From assembly GCA_003344405.1 (NCBI GenBank), contig NOWV01000116.1, positions 186,001 through 244,246 of the forward strand: 58,246 nucleotides of DNA. The letters run 5' to 3'. The stretch is from Trichoplax sp. H2 (Eukaryota). Position 1 is the stretch's first letter, and every line of letters starts with the position of its first letter. The position numbers and the translations under genes are program-made. The notes beneath the pieces are model-generated. The model was not told the DNA's origin and ran no database searches. It saw nothing but the letters and a program-made list of their open reading frames with translations. Below are positions 48,101-58,246 of the stretch, piece by piece.

Positions 48101-51100
48101 TTTAGATTATTTTTTGGATGTGGCGATAACTACAAGTTACAGTGGTAATTAGTAATGAAGATAGCGTACTTTACTTCATTTCGTAACTGTCGATCTCTAT
48201 TTTAAATATGTTAATTTTGTATTTTATCTTGGTACAATCAACAATTGCACTTATTGAGCCCTAAATGCTTCTACTAGAATTGTGCCTTCTGGTAAGTATA
48301 ATACTATAACATCTCCGTAAGAGTTTTTCTCGATGATGGACTTTTCTTTCTCAGCTAAATATATTCCAGTTCTGACAAATAGTTGTCCGGGTATGGAAAG
48401 AATTTAATAAAAGCTTGTATTGAAATATGAGTTACGTATAATTAACCACTATCAGGGATCTACTATAAAGTATTCTGAGCTTGAATTGACAATAAGCTCC
48501 TATCTGCAGTCCTTAAAATCAATTAAGCTCAATCTATTTACGACTGTAAAAGCGCCTACAATCACGAATGAATCATCGGTGGAAGTAATTTCCTCCCAAA
48601 GATAATCAATTAATCTCATCATACGAATTTATTTACTGAAGATATAATATACTCTCCTCTTGATGTTCAATACATTCTTCTTCGCCAGTTAAGATATGGA
48701 ATTCAATAAGTTGAGATCCATGCTGATACTACGTAAGTTATGCTACAATAGGAAATGTAATTTAATTTAAAGATATAATTAAATAGCTTTTTCGGAATTT
48801 AATTATAAATAAACAAAAGTATTCATTCATTACTCCAAATCAACCAATAGGAGAACTTATTAACGATGACTTCAGAATTTTAATTTCATGCAATATTACT
48901 AGTTTAAAGAAAATGGTAATAAGAGACAGTAATTTGTTACTATAAATTTTTACATAAAGGCTTTTTTGCGACAATTTCATAAAATTAATGTGCCATTGAG
49001 ATTTTCTTTGTTGCAATGGAAATGATTTTAATATGTTAGAATGTTTAGTTATTACGATTAATTACATCAATTCTATTAGTTTACTACCGTTTATTTGCAT
49101 TGCTACAGCTACCAAAGGTATTCTATTGACCGTTTAGTAATGATCATAAATAAATTGATAATGGAAATACGACAAGTGAAATGTTATTTAATTCAAATGC
49201 GTTCCTTTTGCATCTTTTGTAACTGTCATTAAATGAATTATTTCATCAGCTTAAAATAGGTTAATGGATTGAATCAAGATACTCAAATTGGAAAACGTCA
49301 ATATTAGGACTAGAATTAATAAGAATTGCTTAGTGCCGCAACAATTGTTTAAGAAAAAGTTTGCTTTATGGCTAATTCTTATAACAAGGAACTGTATGAC
49401 GACAATTTTGTTGAGTAATTAGTATAAAATGCTTGAAAATGTATAGAACTTGATTAATTTGTAAAAGTATTTGTGTATTTATGGGAGATATTATCATTTA
49501 TTAGTTTATTTATAAGTTTATAACGATACCTTAAATTAATAAATTAGCCTTTACTATCGAAATAGTATCGATTTTTCATTACTATCAATGTTAAATACAT
49601 TTATGAACTGTACGCCTTTAAAATTCTTTTCCTCTCACTCCCAAATTTCGATTACGTTACTAATATTTTCTAGCTACAACGCTGCAAATGCATTGGTGTT
49701 GAGATTTTTAAACTTACAATCAATTATGCTTTTATTTATGACGAGTTGACATTCCGTTGTAAATAATATCATTCAAAGGCTTATTTTTTCTTCGCTTTCA
49801 TAAAAATTATTAATTATAGTTCCACAATACTGAATAAATAAGAATTTACTTTCAATTTTACGATATTGTCGTTCTTAAAATCTATAAATAAATTCATAAA
49901 ACATATCTATCTATTTTGCTTCGCATTCCAACTAGTATTCTAGCTGTAAAGCAATCAATAAAATATTTAAAAGTTATCTTGAACGAAAAGAGAATATAAA
50001 TTTATAAGAATCGGTATTAGATGTTAAAACAAAATTTACGCCTGTAAGCCTTAACAAGAGCTAAACGGTTAGATAATGTACGATTAAAAGCTTCAATTGG
50101 TAATACTACCATTAATGATTGATGCAGTTTGCTGTTCTGCTAGATACTTTACATAATACTTTCTGAATTGTTACTAATTTCATTGTCACAAACCAGCTTC
50201 GCGACAAAGTTGACGTAAAGCAAATCTCTAAATTACTTTAGTCTCCGGGATTCAGTATCCTTTAACTATCTCTCACAAGAATTTAGACATCTTTGCTTTT
50301 ACGTTAAACAACTATAGAACTCTTCCTTTATTAAACTATCTGCCGAGCTTCAATACCCTTCGGCAGCTGCTATCGTTTATGAGTCAGACATAACATTACT
50401 ATCAATTAACAATAGTTACCTTATGAGAACTCTTATTACAGTATAGCATAATTTACTGTTATGGAATACTAACTACCGTAGTTTTTACTGTAAGTCATTA
50501 TTAGTTATCTCCATATACTGTATAAATGTTAACCACAAAATTTAGTAATTTACTCTTCAAGGTAGTTAGTACGGTGACACCCATATCAAATACTGCAAGG
50601 CACATGCTGTTAAAAGCGTATCTTTGCCCATTAACACCATAATCTAGGTATTTATACGTCCGTCCTTGTTGCTTAAAATAGCGACAGTGGATATGGTAGC
50701 CTCGAAAGTAGATATTGTTACTTGACTAAATTATAGATATCTTAAAAAGTTCATTACATCTCTATTAGAAATGCATACCGCACCGACGATTTTATGTTGA
50801 ATCAGAAAGAAAAGTATTGCTAAAGAGAATAAGTATTTGAAAATTATTTTCTTTACGCAAAACGATTGTATTTAAAAAGAGCATAAAGGAGTTTTACAAA
50901 AAATGACATACTAAGTAAGACAAAGGCGTATATTTCTTTGCGAGGCCATAAAATAGTCTAGATGCCTTTAAAAGAAATTCTAATTTTATTCTTAACTCCA
51001 TCACTATCAAATTCAGTATTTTAGTCTTACGGAGCAAAGCATCATACATGTTAATTAAGTAGATTTCGTTATGTAGCTAATGGCAATACGGTAAAGAGTA

Positions 51101-54100
51101 ATTCTGAATATTAATCGTATATGGTTTTGCTAGACAACCAAAGTGTAAGCGTCTTCTCAAATTAATTGGTATAATCTTTATAAATACTAATATTGGCGTA
51201 ATTTTAGCTCCTGCGGTGAAGTGTGCGTGACGTGCGAGTAGCGTACTGAGCCTCATTCGTTTAATTGGTTGTTTATTACTTATTGCCAATTAATGTTGGC
51301 TACTGGTTGTATCTATAGTTAGCTACATAGTTTATTAAGGGTTATTTCCCTGTACAAACCTTGTAAATCTTATGTTGCTAAATTATTATGTGAGAACAAC
51401 AAGTTTGGTGGTAGGGTATAAAAAAGGAGCGAATGCTCAGCTCCTAAGTTTGTGATTATATATCATTTCGGCTACTCTATTAATGAAACTATTCTAAACT
51501 CTTAGAACAGTCTTATCCCTGTGTGACCGTAAGTAGTATAGGACTATCATACAGTAGACCTAACGTGGAGATAGGAATAAGTAACTAATCTATTAGTTTA
51601 GGGTTGTAGTCCGCAAGTTTAGTTTGTGACATTTAGATGACAATACAATTTAATAAATTGATCGGCAATTTCTTACGTCTGTAAAAGTATCCTTGCCTAC
51701 TAGATTTATTATTCCCCTTAAAGTAAATTTGATCAATTTTAGTTTGTAAATTAGTCATTTTATATCAATAAGCACTAAAATATTTTTCTAGAATAGATTT
51801 ATTCTTAAATATTTTAGATACATGTATTCGTATGTATACTCGTAACTAAGCATGCATAGGAAGCTTAGTAACCAGCAACAGTGATTTCTGTCAGTTATCC
51901 TTTTTCATTGCAATTGTTTAATGAAGGATATTTTAATAAAATTTTCATCTTTTCATGCAATTTAAAGCATATTCCAGGTGTAGATTAATTTTTGAATAGA
52001 TTCTTATTTCTTATTTAAAATAAGATACTTACTTCTTAAGATCCTAATGTGTTTTATTCGTACCTTAATACTTATAGAGAATAATCTAATATTCTTGACT
52101 TTTTTAGTTAATGTTGATTTAGCTTATCTATAAATTTAAAGTATGCATTGTAAATGTACATTATAACTGTGCACATCATTGTTACTAGCCTACTCTTTTG
52201 ATAACAGTATTATGATTTATTGGTTTTATTATCATTTAAATCTAGTAACACATTTATACTTTTAAATATAGATCATTCATGATCTAAGTAAATTTAATAT
52301 CAATTGTTTGTTCTTTGTTTGATAGGAATTGTTCCTATATATTATAACAAATAAAATTTTTTCTCTAGATCTCTATTTCTATTTATTAAAAAAATTGGAT
52401 TCTAATATTTAATACAATCTAATGCTGCTGAATAATTTATCTCTAGTGAAGTTATCAGCATAGTTACCTGTAAATAATGGTGTATTAAATAATTTTGATA
52501 ATTAATATCTAGCCAAAAAGATCAGAAATTGAACAAAAACTCACCTTGTAGTCGATGCACTTCGGGTAAGATTGTTATATAGAACTAAATTTATCTTTTA
52601 AACTATTTTTCATATGGTACTTTACTTGTGTATAGTATAGTATTCACGTAAATTAAATCTTAATATTGGAGGCTTAAATAACTTATATATAAGAATTTTA
52701 TGACCGTATCTAAATACAAAAATTTTTTTATCATCGATCGGTTTTCTGTAATCTGCTTGGCTATCAGTTAGTTACCCTGAAAATTTATCTTTTTGACAAG
52801 TAAATCTTATACTTTTAAAACTTATTTAAGTTTTCGTAATCATCAAGATGAAAGTATTAGGTATATATGGTAAAATATCTATAATGCTAAAACTTTAACT
52901 TAATATTATATAATCACAATCAATTCCAACTTTCGCATTAAATATGGTTCTCGAACAGTATGTTCTATCGTAGTGTTAGTTTTGTAGAAACAGAACAAGA
53001 TAAGTGATAAGTGATTTTTAACAGGATTTCATTTTATGATACCACTAAGACTGTTCATATCGTTGGCTAGTTAACGTTTTGACTTTTGAATATTTACTTT
53101 TAATTTATTATATGATAAATTTTTTTTGAATGATTGTAAAACACTGGGTTGTAGTAATAAGTTAGCTATACCTTAGTAAATATATTATTGTTGATATTGT
53201 ATGAAAATGATTATAGAAGATTGCATTATTATCTAAAATATCAGGTTTTGATTTTGAAGATCTAATTTTAGGGGCATCATTTTATAGGATGTAATTTAAA
53301 AGTTAGAATTACAAATTTTCAGAAATATTTTAATATTTTTTCTTTTAAACATTTCAAACATCGATTTTTGGCAATGTAAGAGTAAAACATGTTATAATTA
53401 ATTTCTAATTCAGTTTAATTCTAATACGTATAAGAGAACACTAGCCGATAGTAATTAGCAAAACTTTATTGCTTAAAGTTTATATACTGCACATAGAAAT
53501 ATATCGGTGGTGTCAAGCTAATAATTATATTCATAAAAGGACTAAACAAATTTTTAATAGTTTACAATTGAGTGATGAATTAAAAAAATGCAACGATAAT
53601 TATAATAATTGAATATTTACATCAATCATTGTGTTCGAATATTGTAACAATTGCACCTGGCATATTTTTTATCTCTACATCTGGAATTAAATGACGTACT
53701 GTATAAAAGTTTAGTAATCGAAAAGATCGTGCACTGTAACTTCAAAACTAGAAATTTTTATATTTTAATTATTGATTATGAAGCTTTAGCCCTTTTCCAT
53801 TAAGACTTTATAATAACTTAAATCTGAACAGCTTTTGGTTGGAAATGGAAATTATTGAATGTAAATATATGGTATAATTTACTTCCCAAATAGTCTAGTT
53901 GGAAGATGGCTTATTTTCGAATACATCAAAGTGAGTCTGCGCATTTAAATTAACTTCGGTATAAATTTCATCAATATCACAATTAATATAGAAAATCGGC
54001 TTGCAACTTATACATAAGGGATAGTACAATATTTACTATCATATTTTATGGCCCATTTTGTTTATGAAAGCTCATTAAAAATCTATCATTAGTTTGAGTG

Positions 54101-55237
54101 GGAGCTACCAATACGTCTCATTTGTGATAATAATTATTCTGCTATTGTTATATAAAATTGAAGATCGCGACAATTTACGATATTGATCAGAAAAGATTGC
54201 GGAGAAGATTATATATTTTAGATATTCTAACTTAATATGTCAGCATTTTTCTTTACTAAATTAGAATTAGCTACGACCAAAGCAATAAGGTTTAATGTCC
54301 TAATAGCCTGGTTAAAATAGGAATGTTTTGATTTTCTGAGGGATTATAATAGAGCTTTGAGTAATAAACAGGCGTAATCATTCTCGTTTTGGGTAATATC
54401 TATTTACAATCCTTTATTATCTGTGACACTAACTTCTAAAGGTAATGTTATATAGGGCGTTACTTCCAATAAAGTGTATAGAATAAAACTGATCATTCAC
54501 AGAATTAATAATTAAAAATCAAATAATATGATTTCTACATGAATTAACTAGAATAACTGGTTATGCTCGTATAAGCATTTTTATTATTTTATCAACAAAA
54601 TCAGATTACTTTGTATACTTTACAATTTATAGATGTACTGGCTAGTTATTGATATAATATACGGTGATTCCTCACCTATTGTTTACTGATGGTTTAATTT
54701 TTAAATATTGAGTGATATAATTTTTGAATGTAAAATTCGCATAACCATTTAAGGCAAAGACTGTATAAAGGGATAGTTTAAGCACAACTAAAATTGGCGA
54801 TAAGTTTTTCAGTTTGCATCTAAATAGTTCGTTTAGGAATGACTGTAATAGATGTACGTACGTATATATAATTGTAAATTTGTACGGCTCGAGTAGAAAC
54901 GATTTACGAAAATTAATTTGAATAATATGTATATTATTATACGTCTGCCACATTTCGTGCTTGCCCAAAAATTCGTAGTAAACGCTAGCATGGTAAATGG
55001 TCTGCTTTGCTCATAATTTTAGTCTGTAGAAGATCGACATATGCGAATTCCATTTCTTAGCTGAAGTAATTGATAACGGATTATTTATTACGTTATTCTT
55101 TCTAAGGCGGGCCTTACGAGTTTATTAGGTAAAGTCTCATTTATTTATATCCATATACGTTTCAATAGGTTATTGCCGAAAATTTTAGTGTTAACTGGTA
55201 GGAGTTAATTATTTGCAGACTTTTTAAGATAGTGCAT

Positions 55238-56248
55238 TGTCACAAAACAGCTTTGCAACAAGATAACGCAATATACGATCAATAAGTCAATTCCTTGAAC
55301 CACGTATCAAGGAACGATATCTGCACTATNNNNNNNNNNNNNNNNNNNNTTCCATTTCTTAGCTGAAGTAATTGATAACGGATCATTTATTACGTTATTC
55401 TTTCTAAGGCGGGCCTTACGAGTTTATTAGGTAAAGTCTCATTTATTTATATCCATATACGTTTCAATAGGTTATTGCCGAAAATTTTAGTGTTAACTGG
55501 TAGGAATTAATTATTTGCAGACTTTTTAAGATAGTGCATGTATTCATAAATTGATAAATAAATATTCTGGGACTTAGATAACGATAGACTATCGGGTATT
55601 GAAGTGCTTATTCTCCGTCAATATATGATTCGATTAATTAATTATTGGTACTTTGTACGCTATGAAGTAACTTATTATTGTGATTGTAGACTATTAGCCA
55701 TGTTTAGTATGATGAATGGTAGTGTCATTTCTATATTTATCTTATGATATATTTAGTAGCCCATAATAATAGACTGCTATGGTAGACTCTATGGTATACC
55801 AGAGTACAGACGACTATATAAAGTAGGGTATTAAGCTACTATTAAGGTTAGAGATAAATATAGAACTGTAAATTATATATAAGGATTTGGTTAAATCATT
55901 GCACTTTGAGTGTTAGGAATGATGTCTACGCAATTAATGTAATCTTTTTCATATTCGATTAAAGTTAGTCTGCTGTAAAATAGTGTACAAATAATTTGAT
56001 TATGTGTTAAATTAGGTAAAATATTGCTATGCTGATTGTAGTTGCGAAGGCTACGGAGAGTATAAAAGCAATTGACATNNNNNNNNNNNNNNNNNNNNAG
56101 TATGTGTATAAGTGTCACTGTCATAAAAAGTCAGTGCTATATTAAAATACAGTATATCCAAATTAGAAGTTAACTAAATAAGGATAGTCTAACAGAATTA
56201 TCCTAACATAGTTATTTCTACTGTAATACAGTATTTAACACTGTAACA
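55238..56248. mobile_element. LTR-type insertion (only the ends are visible; interior lost in assembly gaps)
   Basis: Left end TGTCACA at 55238, right end TGTAACA ending at 56248, flanked by a 5-bp TSD TGCAT (55233-55237 and 56249-56253). Visible element sequence is 55238-55329 and 56099-56248. The intervening contig is the empty allele. Confidence 0.72.
55350..56078. other. Alternative-haplotype contig scaffolded between two 20-N gaps
   Basis: Gaps at 55330-55349 and 56079-56098. 55350-55539 matches 55048-55237, and 55535-56078 matches 56249-56700, with a few SNPs and one 92-bp indel. Confidence 0.85.
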
Positions 56249-58246
56249 TGCATGTATTCATAAATTGATAAATAAATATTCTGGGACTTAGATAACGAAA
56301 GACTATCGGGTATTGAAGTGCTTATTCTCCGTCAATATATGATTCGATTAATTAATTATTGGTACTTTGTACGCTATGAAGTAACTTATTATTGTGATTG
56401 TAGACTATTAGCCATGTTTAGTATGATGAATGGTAGTGTCATTTCTATATTTATCTTATGATATATTTAGTAGCCCATAATAATAGACTGCTATGGTAGA
56501 CTCTATGGTATACCAGAGTACAGACGACTATATAAAGTAGGGTATTAAGCTACTATTAATGTAATCTTTTTCATATTCGATTAAAGTTAGTCTGCTGTAA
56601 AATAGTGTACAAATAATTTGATTATGTGTTAAATTAGGTAAAATATTGCTATGCTGATTGTAGTTACGAAGGCTACGGAGAGTATAAAAGCAATTGACAT
56701 TAGATTGTCCGATTGTTCATTCAAGAAGTCTTTCAATAGTTGTATTGGGCTCGAGCAGAGCCGAATGAGCTAATCTTTGTATTAGTTCTAATTTTCCACA
56801 AATTTTGAATTTTTGTGATCGGATTTTATCTTATATGCCTTATAATCTACAGTAAATTAACTCTCAACGGCTTGTATTTTATAACATATTTCTATTGCTA
56901 CCGTAATAATTTCAAGACCAACGAAATTAAATATTAGCATGGTGTATTATCTTATTTAGACTATTCAATAGTATTGTATTCATTATGACAATAATTACCT
57001 CTTTAATTTCAAATCCTCTTTTGGGCATTATCAAATTTTTAGACCTTAATCTATGATAGATATTTTCATCTAGTGCGATAGCCGGTTTATAAAATAACTA
57101 TTGAATGTAGTAAGTATAACATTCGATTTCCATGGCCCTTTATTTGCATGTTAAATTAATAATAATTTATATTTTAATTAATTGTCACTCTAAAAGTCTG
57201 ACACTAGATCTTGCACCTTAACACAAATGCATCTTTCTCAGGTTTTTGATTTGATTTACGCCTATATAAATGATTGACTTTCATAGCTGCTTCGTGCAAT
57301 CTTTGCTGGACGCCGAATAGGAAAAAAGTCAAATTTCAGCTAGTTAATTCAAAAGACAAAGTCCTAGCAGTTGTTATTTACAATTCTGACTTTTACATAT
57401 TAACAGAAATAAAGAACTTGGTTTAATGTTATTTATTTAAGTATTAAATTAACCCCTTATTCTTACCCGAAACGTAATGGCAATGTTCAATAACCAATAT
57501 AGTTTTCGTTCTTTGTCAGAATAAGCGTATAGATTAAATAATGAGTTCATCGTACAAGTAATACTTCATATTCGGTGATTCATTAGTTACCGTTTGGGCT
57601 TGCTTACACAATTCAAATTTCTGACTAAGGGCTCTCATGAAACGATTTACTCGATTTTGTCATGTAGTTTGGTAATTAAATGTGTTTTAATGGTTATAGT
57701 AGGATCTTAAAGTTATTTCCGCATACGTAAATAGCATTTCTTCAGTAGATTACGCCAATTTTTTCTGTCATCATTGTTACTAAATCTGCAATTTAATTTG
57801 CATCGATAATCTAGAAATATCTGTTGTTAATAATTGATGAAGCTAGATAGCTACAATGAACTTGTTCATATTGAACGAAAGTTTTGAAAGTTTTGCATTT
57901 TACTTTTCGAAAATTATGTCTGTAGTCTTTGTTATGAGCAATCATTTTGCAATTTCAATGTCATACAAATATTTGCAAAATATACATTTTAATATGACGA
58001 TAATTTTATCGACTGTATGGCTTTAATTCAACAGCTGTCTGATATGGAAATAAGATCATAATATACGTAATAGCCTATTTACAAGACTATAGCCATGTAA
58101 CATCGACGATTGTGGTGAAATATTTTGAAAACCATTAGATAAATTACCCTATCCAGCCTTATTTATATCCAGTAAAATTAATACAAATACCGCATATAAT
58201 TAACCTTAATTTTATTATTAACAAAAATATCTATGATAGAAAGTGA

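Noticed and set aside
48420-48730. Faint LRR-like fragments on the minus strand (LSLGGNYF, RLSLIDF)
   Set aside because: Too short and broken to distinguish from chance.
55048-56700. True segmental tandem duplication
   Set aside because: The copies abut assembly gaps and are explained by an alternative-haplotype contig.

Overview
AT-rich eukaryotic genomic DNA with spliceosomal GT-AG introns. The compact introns, the gene set and the intronless orphan GPCR suggest a non-bilaterian animal such as a placozoan; the organism is inferred, not shown. Four genes could be reconstructed by hand: a two-exon COX7A-like gene missing from the ORF track (+, 6659-7976); a six-exon Caspr/Neurexin-IV-like gene with no discoidin domain (-, 10458-20712); a nine-exon holocarboxylase synthetase (+, 26507-29340); and an intronless class A GPCR (+, 39083-40180). 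Mobile DNA: a 510-bp solo LTR with a 5-bp target site duplication (TSD) at 44614-45123, and an LTR-type insertion at 55238-56248 whose empty allele is assembled between two N-gaps. The most striking signal is that the ACTGT/ACAGT-rich tracts at 4.3-6.5 kb and 23-25 kb parse as stacked TA-(CAG/CTG/CAGTG/CACTG/CA/TG)-TA units. This is the pattern of Tc1/mariner excision footprints, and duplicated copies show a single empty TA against up to five stacked units at the same position. The tracts lie on locally duplicated, decayed ankyrin-like sequence. Weak kinase-like and LRR-like relics are also noted.
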